Assembly: GCA_025966365.1 (NCBI GenBank)
Contig: JAICWV010000001.1
Coordinates: 911 to 64,910 of the forward strand
DNA from: Chloroflexota bacterium
Lineage (GTDB): Bacteria; Chloroflexota; UBA5177
Reading direction: 5' to 3'
Length of the DNA: 64,000 nucleotides
Shown here in pieces: positions 21,872-31,884 of this stretch (position 1 is its first letter; every line of letters starts with the position of its first letter). Under the pieces are notes generated by a model, which was not told where the DNA came from, did not search any database, and saw only the letters and a program-made list of their open reading frames with translations. Position numbers and translations under genes: made by a program.

Positions 21872-23791
21872 ATGTGTGGCATAGCCGGGATGGTTCTGCG
21901 GCAGCCCGACACCTCGACAGACGTTCGGGAACGGCTCTGCAAGATGACCCACGCGCAGCATCACCGCGGGCCGGACGACGAGGGTGTCTATGTCCTGCCC
22001 TGCGGGCGGGCGGGCCTGGGCAACAACCGCCTCGCGATCCGCGATCTCTCGCCTGCCGGGCATATGCCCATGGGCAACACCGACGGAACCGTCTGGATTA
22101 CCTACAACGGAGAAATCTATAACACCTATGAGGTCCGTCCTCAGCTGGAGGCTCTCGGATATACCTTCCAATCGTCGAGCGACACCGAGGTCATCCTGCA
22201 CGGCTACGAGGCCTGGGGGGAAGACGTGGTGGAGCGCCTCCGCGGCATCTTCGCCTTCGGTATCCTCGATGTGCGTCCGAACGTTGGCGACGGTACCCTC
22301 TTCCTGGCCCGCGATCGTCTCGGCGTCAAGCCGTTGTACTATGCCTTGACCCCAGACAGCCTCCTTTTCGGTTCAGAGATAGGGGCGATCCTGGCAGCGA
22401 GTCCTCGCGGTTGGGTGATCGACCAGACCGCGCTTCGAGCCTATCTCCTGCTGGGCTCCGTTCCCTCTCCCCTGACCATCTATGGGGAAATACGAGCGCT
22501 CGAGCCCGGATGCCTCCTCCGCGTCTCGCTCGACGGCGTGGCCGATTGTCCTCGCCGCTACTGGCCCATGCCCGCTGGAACCGATCAGATCTCGCGAGAC
22601 GAGGCCATCGATCGAACGCGAGCACTGCTCCAGGAGGCTGTCCGCACGCAGCTTGTCAGCGACGCCCCACTGGGCGCGTTCCTCAGCGGCGGTATCGACT
22701 CCAGTGCCGTGGTTTCGCTTATGCGCCGCGGCACCACTGGGACGATCCGGACCTGCTCTATCTCCTTCCGGGAGTCGGAGTTCGATGAGTCGCCGTACGC
22801 GCGAGAGGCAGCGGCCGCGGCGGGCGCGGAGCATGTGGAATACGTGGTGACCGCTGACGACCTGGGGCGCGAGCTTGACGCCGTTCTGGGGGCCATGGAC
22901 CAGCCCACGGTGGATGGCGTCAATACCTATTTTGTATCGCGCGCCGCCCACGAATCCGGACTGACCGTCGCCCTGTCCGGTCTGGGAGGCGACGAATTGT
23001 TCGGCGGCTATGATCCCACATTCCGGGGCGTGCCCCGGCTGATGCAAGCGGTGAGCACGACGCAGTCGATTCCGGGGGCAACCGCTTTATCAGGAGTCGC
23101 GCTTCGGCGCTTCCGGGGCAGCAGATGGCGGAAGCTGGAAGAGGCGATGCAGCGGCCTCCGTCCGCTGCCAGTGCCTACGTCGCCCGCCGCGGTCTCTTC
23201 GCGCCACGCGAGGTGCGGTCTCTGTTGGGGAACAACGTCTCGGGCGTATTTGACCCGGTCGACTACGTGGGCGCGCGAGCCGGTAGCGAGGCAGCCAGCG
23301 ATCTCTTCAGCTGGACCAGCAGGGCGGAGCTGGGTGTCTACACGACGAACCAGCTTCTGCGGGACACCGACGTCATGAGCATGGCCCATTCGCTCGAGGT
23401 GCGGGTTCCGCTGCTGGACGAGCGGCTTGTCGAGGGAGTGCTGCGTCTGCCGGCGTCGGTGAAAGCAGGCGGATCGAAGTCGCTTCTGCTCGCGGCGCTG
23501 GGATCGGACCTGCCCGAAAGCGTTCGCACCCGGAAACAGAAGCAGGGTTTTACCTTCCCCTTCGGTGCATGGCTGCGTGGCCCGCTGCGAGAGCGGGCGC
23601 GCAGCATGGTGCACGACGCCGCGGACGCGTTCAACCTCGACGCGGGCACGGTGAGCAGGGTCTGGTCCGACTTCGAGGCGGGAAAGACGCATTGGTCGCG
23701 GCCGTGGGCGATTCTAGCTCTGCTGGCATGCGCGCAAAGGACAAGCCCTGCCGTGGACGATAAGCCCCCCGCGATCGGAGCCGGGGTATGA
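21872..23791 (+). CDS. asnB: asparagine synthase (glutamine-hydrolysing) family amidotransferase
   Basis: Starts MCGIAG (Ntn Cys2 glutaminase). Synthetase domain with SGGIDSS PP-loop. 639 aa. Confidence 0.85.
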   Translation: MCGIAGMVLRQPDTSTDVRERLCKMTHAQHHRGPDDEGVYVLPCGRAGLGNNRLAIRDLSPAGHMPMGNTDGTVWITYNGEIYNTYEVRPQLEALGYTFQSSSDTEVILHGYEAWGEDVVERLRGIFAFGILDVRPNVGDGTLFLARDRLGVKPLYYALTPDSLLFGSEIGAILAASPRGWVIDQTALRAYLLLGSVPSPLTIYGEIRALEPGCLLRVSLDGVADCPRRYWPMPAGTDQISRDEAIDRTRALLQEAVRTQLVSDAPLGAFLSGGIDSSAVVSLMRRGTTGTIRTCSISFRESEFDESPYAREAAAAAGAEHVEYVVTADDLGRELDAVLGAMDQPTVDGVNTYFVSRAAHESGLTVALSGLGGDELFGGYDPTFRGVPRLMQAVSTTQSIPGATALSGVALRRFRGSRWRKLEEAMQRPPSAASAYVARRGLFAPREVRSLLGNNVSGVFDPVDYVGARAGSEAASDLFSWTSRAELGVYTTNQLLRDTDVMSMAHSLEVRVPLLDERLVEGVLRLPASVKAGGSKSLLLAALGSDLPESVRTRKQKQGFTFPFGAWLRGPLRERARSMVHDAADAFNLDAGTVSRVWSDFEAGKTHWSRPWAILALLACAQRTSPAVDDKPPAIGAGV

Positions 23792-24660
23792 GTGCAGGCG
23801 ACGCCGCGATTCCGCACGAGGAGCGGCGCATGGCCGCCCCGGTTCCCACCGTGCGGATCGAGCCGTCCCACGGATGGGCGGATCTGCGCCTGAGTGACAT
23901 ATGGGAGTACCGCGAGCTGCTGTACTTCCTGGCCTGGCGTGACATCAAGGTGCGGTATAAGCAGACCGCTCTGGGCGCGACCTGGGCAATCCTGCAGCCG
24001 TTTCTGACCATGGTCGTCTTCAGCGTCTTCTTCGGCCACCTTGCCAGGATGCCGTCCGAAGGGGTGCCGTACCCGATCTTCAGCTTCGCGGCGCTGGTGC
24101 CGTGGACCTTCTTTGCCAACGGGCTCACACTGTCGTCGAACAGCCTGGTTGCCAATGCCAACCTCATCTCCAAGGTGTATTTTCCCAGGCTGGTGGTACC
24201 GATCGCCGGAGTCCTCTCCGGCATCGTGGACTTCGGCCTGGCCTTCGTTGTCCTGCTCGGCATGATGGCCTACTATCATGTCGTTCCGACCGTCAACGTC
24301 GTCCTTCTGCCCCTCTTCCTGCTCCTGGCGTTGGTGACGTCGCTCGGAGTCGGCATCTGGCTGGCGGCACTGAATGTCGAGTTCCGGGATGTGCGCTACG
24401 TCGTTCCGTTTCTGGTCCAGATCTGGCTCTTCGCCACGCCGATCGCCTACGCCAGCAGCCTGCTGCACGGTCCCTGGCGGACGCTCTACGGGCTCAACCC
24501 CATGGTGGGCGTGGTCGAAGGGTTCCGCTGGGCACTCCTGGGCACGCGCGTGGATATCGGGCCCTCTGTCGCGATCTCAGCGGTCGTCTCGCTTCTGCTG
24601 CTCATCACCGGCGCCCTCTACTTCCGCCGTATGGAAAGGACCTTTGCCGATGTTGTGTGA
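23788..24660 (+). CDS. wzm: ABC-2 type polysaccharide export permease (Wzm/TagG-like)
   Basis: Six predicted TM helices and ABC-2 family character (ALGATWAILQPF...ISKVYFPR). ATGA overlap with asnB. Confidence 0.8.
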   Translation: MSAGDAAIPHEERRMAAPVPTVRIEPSHGWADLRLSDIWEYRELLYFLAWRDIKVRYKQTALGATWAILQPFLTMVVFSVFFGHLARMPSEGVPYPIFSFAALVPWTFFANGLTLSSNSLVANANLISKVYFPRLVVPIAGVLSGIVDFGLAFVVLLGMMAYYHVVPTVNVVLLPLFLLLALVTSLGVGIWLAALNVEFRDVRYVVPFLVQIWLFATPIAYASSLLHGPWRTLYGLNPMVGVVEGFRWALLGTRVDIGPSVAISAVVSLLLLITGALYFRRMERTFADVV

Positions 24661-24669
24661 GGCGACGCC

Positions 24670-25989
24670 ATGAGCGATGTGGCGATTCAGGCCGAGGGCT
24701 TGAGCAAGCGCTACCGAATCGGGACGGCATCGGGCCCGTACAAAACCCTTCGCGAGTCCCTTATGGCCGCTCCAATGCGTCCGCTTAGCGTGGTGAAGTC
24801 CCGTCTGGGCGGAGCGCGCCCGGAGAGTAAGCGCCAGGAGGAGATCTGGGCGCTCCGGGATGTCTCCTTTGAGGTTCGAGCCGGCGAGGTGCTGGGCATT
24901 ATCGGGCGGAACGGAGCCGGCAAGAGCACTCTGTTGAAAGTGCTCTCGCGCATCACCGAGCCCACCTCGGGCCTGGCAGACGTCCACGGTCGGGTGGGCT
25001 CACTCCTCGAAGTCGGAACCGGCTTCCACCCTGAGCTGACCGGACGTGAGAACATCTTCCTGAACGGCGCCATCCTGGGCATGAAGCGGGCAGAGATCAA
25101 AGCCCGCTTCGACGAGATCGCGGCCTTCGCCGAGATCGAGCAGTTTCTGGACACGCCGGTGAAGCGCTACTCCTCGGGCATGTATATGCGGCTGGCATTC
25201 TCCGTAGCAGCGCATCTCGAACCCGAGATCCTGATTGTGGACGAGGTACTGGCGGTAGGCGACGCCTCGTTCCAGAAGAAGTGCTTGAACAAGATGGAGG
25301 ACGTGGGACGCCAGGGACGCACCGTGATCTTCGTGTCGCACAACATGGCAGCAGTCACGCGGCTGTGTCAGCGCGCAGTTCTTCTCGTCGGAGGCCACGT
25401 GGTTGATGACGGCCCGGCTCATCGAATCGTAAGCAGCTATATGGATGCCGGCATGGGAATAAGCGCGATGCGTGAGTGGCCGGATTGGAGGACGGCGCCC
25501 GGTGACGACGTGGCACGCCTGCGGAGCGTGCGCGTACGCACGGAGGGTGGTCAGACAGTCGAAAGTGTCGATATTCGGCAGCCGGTGCTAATCGAAGTCG
25601 AGTATGTGAATCTCCAGTCCACTCTGCGCCCTACCGCGGTTCTCCACTTCTTTAATGACACCGGCGTCTGCCTCTTCTCCTCAAATGACTTCACGAATCG
25701 CGAGTGGTGGAACGCTCCACGCACGCCGGGAATCGTGCGCGCGACGTGCCGGATCCCCGGTAACTTCCTCGCCGAGGGGAGCATCGCGGTGCTGGCGGCG
25801 ATCAGCAGCTATGAACCACATGTAGTTCACGCACTAGAGCGCGATGCCGTGTCCTTCCAGGTTGTGGATCACAGCACTGGCGACGGGGCCCGCGGGCCCT
25901 ATGGAGGAACCGTTCCGGGGCTCGTTCGCCCGATGCTGGAATGGGACGTGGACGTTGAGCCAGCCGTTCCCAACGCGGCCACCGGATGA
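24670..25989 (+). CDS. wzt: polysaccharide ABC-transporter ATP-binding protein (Wzt-like) with C-terminal glycan-binding extension
   Basis: Walker A GRNGAGKST, ABC signature YSSGM, Walker B ILIVDE. Carries a C-terminal ~190-aa beta-rich extension beyond the NBD, as in O-antigen Wzt proteins. Confidence 0.85.
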   Translation: MSDVAIQAEGLSKRYRIGTASGPYKTLRESLMAAPMRPLSVVKSRLGGARPESKRQEEIWALRDVSFEVRAGEVLGIIGRNGAGKSTLLKVLSRITEPTSGLADVHGRVGSLLEVGTGFHPELTGRENIFLNGAILGMKRAEIKARFDEIAAFAEIEQFLDTPVKRYSSGMYMRLAFSVAAHLEPEILIVDEVLAVGDASFQKKCLNKMEDVGRQGRTVIFVSHNMAAVTRLCQRAVLLVGGHVVDDGPAHRIVSSYMDAGMGISAMREWPDWRTAPGDDVARLRSVRVRTEGGQTVESVDIRQPVLIEVEYVNLQSTLRPTAVLHFFNDTGVCLFSSNDFTNREWWNAPRTPGIVRATCRIPGNFLAEGSIAVLAAISSYEPHVVHALERDAVSFQVVDHSTGDGARGPYGGTVPGLVRPMLEWDVDVEPAVPNAATG

Positions 25990-26975
25990 GCGAGCGAATT
26001 GTGACTCATGATCGATTGGTCGGTGTCGCCTCGCGCCTGCTCCCTCCTGCAACCTACGAATCGGTGAGGGAGATCTACCACCACATGCGACATGCACACG
26101 AGCGCGCCAACTCCGTTTACGCTCGTCTTGTCGATTTATCGACCGGTCGAATGGAACTGTTAAGCCTGATGAGTGCGGTTACGCGTTTGTTCCTATCCCT
26201 GGCTCGCACCTCTGAGTCGGGCCGCAAGGATGTAACCCTTCGACTTGGCGGCGGCGTCTATGTGGTGGACCTGTCGCTGATGGAGGCAGAGACCCTGGCG
26301 GAGCTGTACGTTGACCGTCATCACGATCGAATAGATCGCTTTATCCCGCAAGAGGGCTGGAATGTGGTCGATATCGGTGCCAACGTCGGTATGTACGCGG
26401 TGATGCAAAGCAAGCGGGGCGCGAAGGTCTACGCGTTTGAGGCCAATCCGGAATGCTACGGACGTCTACTCAAGACCGTACGCGCTAACCGACTGAGGAC
26501 CCGTGTCGCCGCGTGGAATCAGGCAATCGGGGGCGCACCAGGCTGGGGTGTGGTGACCGCTCCCTATGGCGGACGTGGAACGCCCGCGGGCTTCGTTACG
26601 GCTCTTGAAGGTCCCTCGGAGGACACCAATGCGGTCAGTGTCAAACCGCTCGATTCCATTGAGGAACTGAGGGGAATCGAGCGGATTCACCTACTGAAGG
26701 TCGATGTCGAAGGCGCCGAAGTTGAGGTGCTCCGTGGTGCTCGGCTGATCCTGACGCGGGTAGAACGCATCGTCATCGAATATCACTCTCCTACATTGGA
26801 CGAGCAGGTGACCCAGCTGCTGACGGGGAGCGGTTTCTCTACCGTGACCCGCGTAGACGTCCTCCCGGAGCAGCACGTGGGCCTGATCTATGCCGAGCGC
26901 AGCGTCGGCGAGCGTACGACGCTCAATCAGTCTCAGTCTGACGTTGGCCCAGAGGGAGCGCAGCAGCCAGCATGA
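25986..26975 (+). CDS. FkbM-family SAM-dependent methyltransferase
   Basis: VVDIGANVGMYA SAM-binding motif and FkbM-type pattern ...KVDVEGAE.... ATGA overlap with wzt. Confidence 0.75.
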   Translation: MSERIVTHDRLVGVASRLLPPATYESVREIYHHMRHAHERANSVYARLVDLSTGRMELLSLMSAVTRLFLSLARTSESGRKDVTLRLGGGVYVVDLSLMEAETLAELYVDRHHDRIDRFIPQEGWNVVDIGANVGMYAVMQSKRGAKVYAFEANPECYGRLLKTVRANRLRTRVAAWNQAIGGAPGWGVVTAPYGGRGTPAGFVTALEGPSEDTNAVSVKPLDSIEELRGIERIHLLKVDVEGAEVEVLRGARLILTRVERIVIEYHSPTLDEQVTQLLTGSGFSTVTRVDVLPEQHVGLIYAERSVGERTTLNQSQSDVGPEGAQQPA

Positions 26976-28351
26976 CGGGTTATGGTCAGGGCCTGGCCAC
27001 CGGGCGTCGTGTATATGACGAAGGTAGGCAAGCCGAGGAGCCATCCGGAACCCGCCCGGACCGATTGGCGGGCGAAGGATTTCCACGTGTCTCTTACGAC
27101 ATATCGCTGCTTGGGCGATGGCACGTAAACAATCGAACGGGCATCTTTCGTGTTGTGGAGGAAACTCTCATTGCCTTGGTCGAGCAGAACGAGTGTGACC
27201 TGGTTCTGACCAGTACTGCGTCAGTTCGAGCCGCGCGGCAGTGCCTTGAGTACTTGCGAACTGTCCCCTCACTCGCTCATCTCCCGTTTGTGCGGAGCGA
27301 GTCGGCACTTCGTGTTTCGGCGATACTGCAGACGGGCCTCGATTACCCACGTGTTTCCTCTGAACACTCTATCCCGGTGAAGGTCTTCCACAAACCGCTC
27401 TGGTGGGCGGCGAAGCTAAATCAGAGATATGCGGACTGGCGCGACGCGCGGACCTCGCGCCGCCTCGATATCTTTCACTCTCCCTTCTATCCCCTGCCCA
27501 GGCCGAGACGGACTGGCGGGGCGCAGCGATATCTGACCGTCTACGACCTGATACCGCTCCGTTTTCCGCAGTTCTGCGGAGTGGGAGCAGTCAACGATCA
27601 CACCTCTATCCTGCAGAGCCTGCGTCCGTCAGATTGGGCTATTTGTATCTCACAGGCAACGAAGGACGACCTTTGTGCCTACACGTCGCGTGATCCGGCA
27701 CGCACTTTTGTCGTTCCCCTGGCGGCGTCCCGGGATGTCTTCCATCCAGTCGGAGATGCAGCCACGATAAGGACGGTGGCACAGCGGTACGGCATTCCCG
27801 ATGCCCCGTACATCCTGAGCCTGAACACGCTCGAGCCCCGGAAGAATATTGACCTGGCAATTCGCTCGTTCAGTCAGATGGTGCGGCAGGAGGGTATCAA
27901 AGAACTTCACTTCGTTCTCGTGGGCTACCGAGGCTGGATGTATGACAAGATTTTCGAGGCAATTGGACAATCCGGCCTGAGCCCTGACCGATTCATCGTC
28001 ACGGGGTACGTCCCCGACCAAGATCTGGCAGCCATCTATGGCGGCGCGATTTCATTTGTCTTTCCCTCCTTCTACGAGGGCTTTGGACTCCCTGTTCTGG
28101 AGGCAATGCAGTGCGGAACCCCGGTTCTCTCCTCCAACACATCCTCGCTGCCGGAAGTGGCCGGCGATGCTGCTATCCTTCTCGATCCGCACGATGCGGA
28201 TGGATGGTCGCAGGGCATGCTCGATCTCTATCGCAGTGCCGACCTCAGAGCTAGCATGAGCGCCCGGTCGCGAGAACGCGCGTCGTGCTTCAGTTGGAAA
28301 AGAACTGCTCAGGAGACCTTGAACGCCTACAGAGTTGCGACGGCCGGATAG
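26972..28351 (+). CDS. glycosyltransferase family 4 (GT-B)
   Basis: C-terminal EX7E region: FPSFYEGFGLPVLEAMQCGTPVLSS. Confidence 0.8.
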   Translation: MTGYGQGLATGRRVYDEGRQAEEPSGTRPDRLAGEGFPRVSYDISLLGRWHVNNRTGIFRVVEETLIALVEQNECDLVLTSTASVRAARQCLEYLRTVPSLAHLPFVRSESALRVSAILQTGLDYPRVSSEHSIPVKVFHKPLWWAAKLNQRYADWRDARTSRRLDIFHSPFYPLPRPRRTGGAQRYLTVYDLIPLRFPQFCGVGAVNDHTSILQSLRPSDWAICISQATKDDLCAYTSRDPARTFVVPLAASRDVFHPVGDAATIRTVAQRYGIPDAPYILSLNTLEPRKNIDLAIRSFSQMVRQEGIKELHFVLVGYRGWMYDKIFEAIGQSGLSPDRFIVTGYVPDQDLAAIYGGAISFVFPSFYEGFGLPVLEAMQCGTPVLSSNTSSLPEVAGDAAILLDPHDADGWSQGMLDLYRSADLRASMSARSRERASCFSWKRTAQETLNAYRVATAG

Positions 28352-28359
28352 GAAGTCGC

Positions 28360-29604
28360 TTGCGTAGCCCTGTTTCGACCCCAACTCTGGATCAGCGCAT
28401 CATCGTTGTGACCAGGCACTCTCCTACACCGACGGGACACGGCGGCAATCATCGGAGTTATCAGATCCTATCGGACGTGCGCGGACTCGCTGATGCGAGG
28501 GTAGAAAGCTTCTGTCTTGACGACTGGGAGCGAGATCATCCCTCAGCCCATAACTCCCATCCGCGCGACCCCCTCAGCCGAGTGCGGGCCAGCGTTCGCT
28601 ATCGTTGGGATCGCATCTCTCGCAACCCCTTCTGGCTCCTTGGGCCCACTAATTTCACCACAGCACCTGGACTACCCGACTCCTTCGTTCACGAGTACTA
28701 CGAGGTGGCGGCAGCCCAGCCTGTGCCTGCCGCCTGTGTCATGGACCATACACTCTTCGGCGCTCTCCACGCTATCAACCATGAGCTCAAGGTCCCCACG
28801 ATTCTCTGTCCTCAGAACATCGATTCACTCTCCCAGAATTTGCCGCTCCTTGCACCCGAGTTCCGAACGAGCCGGTGGAGGGCATATGCCGGTGTAACCG
28901 ATCTCATAAGTGAGCTCGACGCCTTTCGTAGCTATGACGATCTCCACCTCATTTCCCGGGTTGAGTCGAGCATAGTCGCATCGCTCGGCCTCCAATCGTC
29001 CTACTACCCCTACGTGCCGGTGGCTGAGATACGACAACGGCTCCTCTCTATCCGCGGGCAGAGGGTTTCCGGAAAGAGCGTCGAGCCCGGTCTGCTGGTC
29101 GCCATGGGGAGTGCCCGCCACTACCCAACCCGGAAGTCCCTGGAGTGGTTCCTGCGGGGTATCCATCAATCGGGTTTCCCTGAGGGCGTCACGCTCGAGA
29201 TAGTCGGCCACGACACCGACACGCTCGCCGGAAGCGAGGACGTCCCGGATGGCATCAGGCTGCGCGGGTGGCTCGGTCAGGACGAACTCGACGACCTGCT
29301 CATGCATGCGCATGCGGTGTTGATTCCACAGGTCCTGGGCTTTGGAACCCTTACGCGACTGCCCGAGTTGGCCTGCGCAGGTATTCCCGTACTTGTCACG
29401 CCGTATCCAACATACGCTCTCGATCCTCCTCCCAATATCACCACCGTTGAAAGCGACCCGAAGGCATGGTTTGCCGCCATGGACGCAATGGCACGATCCA
29501 ACGCCACATTGGTGGGTGGTTACGAAGAGTGGGAGAGCCGTCAGCCGTCCACCCTCACGAACTCCCTCCGCACCTACCTGTCGAGCCGAGCTGCATATGC
29601 CTAG
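28360..29604 (+). CDS. putative divergent GT-B-fold glycosyltransferase (start uncertain; TTG 28360 or GTG 28408)
   Basis: N-terminal RIIVVTRHSPTPTGHGGN and C-terminal LPELACAGIPVLVTP resemble the halves of GT-B enzymes. No clear EX7E motif. Confidence 0.4.
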   Translation: MRSPVSTPTLDQRIIVVTRHSPTPTGHGGNHRSYQILSDVRGLADARVESFCLDDWERDHPSAHNSHPRDPLSRVRASVRYRWDRISRNPFWLLGPTNFTTAPGLPDSFVHEYYEVAAAQPVPAACVMDHTLFGALHAINHELKVPTILCPQNIDSLSQNLPLLAPEFRTSRWRAYAGVTDLISELDAFRSYDDLHLISRVESSIVASLGLQSSYYPYVPVAEIRQRLLSIRGQRVSGKSVEPGLLVAMGSARHYPTRKSLEWFLRGIHQSGFPEGVTLEIVGHDTDTLAGSEDVPDGIRLRGWLGQDELDDLLMHAHAVLIPQVLGFGTLTRLPELACAGIPVLVTPYPTYALDPPPNITTVESDPKAWFAAMDAMARSNATLVGGYEEWESRQPSTLTNSLRTYLSSRAAYA

Positions 29605-30565
29605 CACCGTGTCGGTTATCATTCCCTGCTTCAACGCCTCTCGATTCATTCGAGAGACGATTGCCAGCATTGCCACCCAGGGCTATCCGGCGCTCGAAGT
29701 CATCGTCGTGGATGACCACTCAATGGACGGCAGCGCGGAGCTCATCGAGCGTACTTTTCCATGGGTGCGAGTGATGCAGGCCGTCGGCCAAGGTGTGAGT
29801 GCCGCCCGCAATCTTGGTACCGAGCTAGCTACGGGTGCATTCATCCAGTACCTCGATGCCGATGATCTCCTGGCACCCGAAAAGCTCGCTCGCCAGGTAA
29901 GTCTCCTCGACAGGACCGGCGCCGATGTTGCCTACGGGGACTGGCAACGGCTCGTTCCATCCGGCGACAGGTACGTGCCCGGTGAGCGGGTCTCTCGCGC
30001 GCTGACCGCCCCCGAGATCGACCTCTTCACCAACGGCTGGTCTCCGCTGGCTGCGTACCTCTTTCGCCGGTCCATCGTCGATCGGGTCGGAGGCTGGAGC
30101 GAGAATCTTCCCATCATTCAGGACGCCCGGTTCGTGCTAGACTGCGCGCTGCGCGGCGGTCGCTTCGTCCGCTGCGAAGGTCTCATGGCCTACTACCGAA
30201 CCCATGCTTTCGGCTCCGTCTCTACCCGCGATCCACTCGCCTTCGCCCGCGACTGTTTTCTCAACGGGACCGAGATCGAGTCCTGGTGGCGCGGTCACGG
30301 CGGCCTCGACTCCCGGCGAGTGGCGGCACTCGTCTGGTGCTATGAGTACGTGGCGCGCTCAACCTATGAGCGAGATCGCTCCACGTTCAACGCCGCTTAC
30401 CAGGCTCTTCAGCGGGTTCGACCCGGCTATTCCCCGAACTCGCCCCGTCATCTCGCCCTCGCCTCACATCTCCTTGGCTATCCGCACGCCGAATGGCTCG
30501 CACTTCGGTACCGCCGCGCTAAGGCCCTCGCCCGCCGTTTCTATCCGTCAGGAAAAGTCGTATGA
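29597..30565 (+). CDS. glycosyltransferase family 2
   Basis: VSVIIPCFNASRFIRETIASIATQGYPALEVIVVDDHSMDGS and a DAD(D) motif (YLDADD). The ATG overlaps the upstream stop (ATGCCTAG). Confidence 0.8.
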   Translation: MPSTVSVIIPCFNASRFIRETIASIATQGYPALEVIVVDDHSMDGSAELIERTFPWVRVMQAVGQGVSAARNLGTELATGAFIQYLDADDLLAPEKLARQVSLLDRTGADVAYGDWQRLVPSGDRYVPGERVSRALTAPEIDLFTNGWSPLAAYLFRRSIVDRVGGWSENLPIIQDARFVLDCALRGGRFVRCEGLMAYYRTHAFGSVSTRDPLAFARDCFLNGTEIESWWRGHGGLDSRRVAALVWCYEYVARSTYERDRSTFNAAYQALQRVRPGYSPNSPRHLALASHLLGYPHAEWLALRYRRAKALARRFYPSGKVV

Positions 30566-31884
30566 AGGTCCTGCACATCCCCTTCACCTACTTCCCCGAC
30601 CCCATTGGCGGCACCGAAGTCTACGTTCGGGACCTGATCGCCGGCCTCTGCCCCCTCGGGGTCGATGCTGTCGTCCTGGCAGACTCCGATCGGCCGCGAT
30701 CGTATAACCACGATGGTGTCCGCGTCCGGCGCATTGCGTTGCCTCGCGCCGCCAACCTCCGTCAACAGTACGGGCTGCCCGGCCCGGCCGTCAACGCCGC
30801 TCTGTCCGACGTCATCGACGCCGAGCGCCCTGACCTGGCGCACATTCATGCCCCCACCTGGGCCGCCACCCCCGGCGTCGTCGCGCAGTTTCATCGCCGC
30901 GACATTCCCGTTGTCTTCACCTATCATTCGCCCCTCGCCACCTGCCAGCGCGGCACGCTGATGCGCTGGGGCACAGAGATCTGTGATGGCCGCCTCGATC
31001 TCGATCGCTGTACCGCCTGTACCCTCCACGCTCACGGCCTGCCGAAAACGGCAGCACGCGTCGTGGCGCGTGTGCCGGCTGCCGCGGCACACCGTCTGGG
31101 CCGGGAGGGCGGTCCCTGGACCGCCCTCCGTATGCGCGAGCTTATGTCCATCCGCCTTGACTCCGTTCGCGCCTTTCTCCGTGAGGTCGATCGTATCGTC
31201 GTTCTGTCCGGCTGGTCGCACACACTCTTACTGGCGAACGGCATCGCCCCGGAGCGCATGACCCTCTCGCGCCATGGGATCGAATCCGGTGGCGACCTTC
31301 CGGTGCGAGCCCCGCTCTCCGCTCCTCCGCCGTTGCGCATCGCCTTTCTGGGCCGTCTCGATCCCGTCAAGGGGCCCGACATCCTGGTGCGCGCCCTCCG
31401 GCTCATGCCTGATGCCCCGATCGTGCTCGATCTCTATGGGATCGCTCAGGAGCCCGGCGGCGGGCACTATCTTGCTGCGTTACGCACCCTGGCCGCCGGC
31501 GACGACCGCATCCGGTTCCTTCCCCCCGTTCCATCGGACAGGGTGATTCCCCTCCTGCGCGGCTATCACGCCCTTGCCGTTCCCTCCCGCTGGCTGGAGA
31601 CCGGCCCTCTGGTCGTGCTCGAGGCCTTTGCAGCCGGTATTCCGATCCTTGGTATGGACCGGGGTGGGATCGGGGAGATTGTCACCGACGAGAGAGACGG
31701 CCTCCTGGTCGCGGGGGAAGATCCTACCCTCTGGGCATCCGCTCTCAAACGGCTGCTCTCCGAGCCTTCACTCCTGGCGCGGCTTGGCCGCGGTGTTCGA
31801 GCGCCGCGGAGCACCGGCGACGTGGCAGCGGACATGATGGCGGTCTATTCATCGCTCCTGGCTCCCGCCGGCGTGGCACGATGA
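30562..31884 (+). CDS. glycosyltransferase family 4
   Basis: LETGPLVVLEAFAAGIPILGMDRGGIGEIV...DGLLV, a GT4 C-terminal motif. Confidence 0.8.
   Translation: MKVLHIPFTYFPDPIGGTEVYVRDLIAGLCPLGVDAVVLADSDRPRSYNHDGVRVRRIALPRAANLRQQYGLPGPAVNAALSDVIDAERPDLAHIHAPTWAATPGVVAQFHRRDIPVVFTYHSPLATCQRGTLMRWGTEICDGRLDLDRCTACTLHAHGLPKTAARVVARVPAAAAHRLGREGGPWTALRMRELMSIRLDSVRAFLREVDRIVVLSGWSHTLLLANGIAPERMTLSRHGIESGGDLPVRAPLSAPPPLRIAFLGRLDPVKGPDILVRALRLMPDAPIVLDLYGIAQEPGGGHYLAALRTLAAGDDRIRFLPPVPSDRVIPLLRGYHALAVPSRWLETGPLVVLEAFAAGIPILGMDRGGIGEIVTDERDGLLVAGEDPTLWASALKRLLSEPSLLARLGRGVRAPRSTGDVAADMMAVYSSLLAPAGVAR

Noticed and set aside
20282-23791. Divergent transglutaminase-like and asparagine-synthetase-like genes as candidate lasso-peptide B/C proteins for the downstream PqqD locus
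   Set aside because: The AsnB-like protein keeps the N-terminal Cys2 glutaminase domain (MCGIAG), which lasso cyclases lack. The transglutaminase-like protein carries a secretion signal and is 400 aa. They are ~35 kb from the RRE, and asnB-type amidotransferases are common in glycan clusters. No small precursor ORF lies between them.
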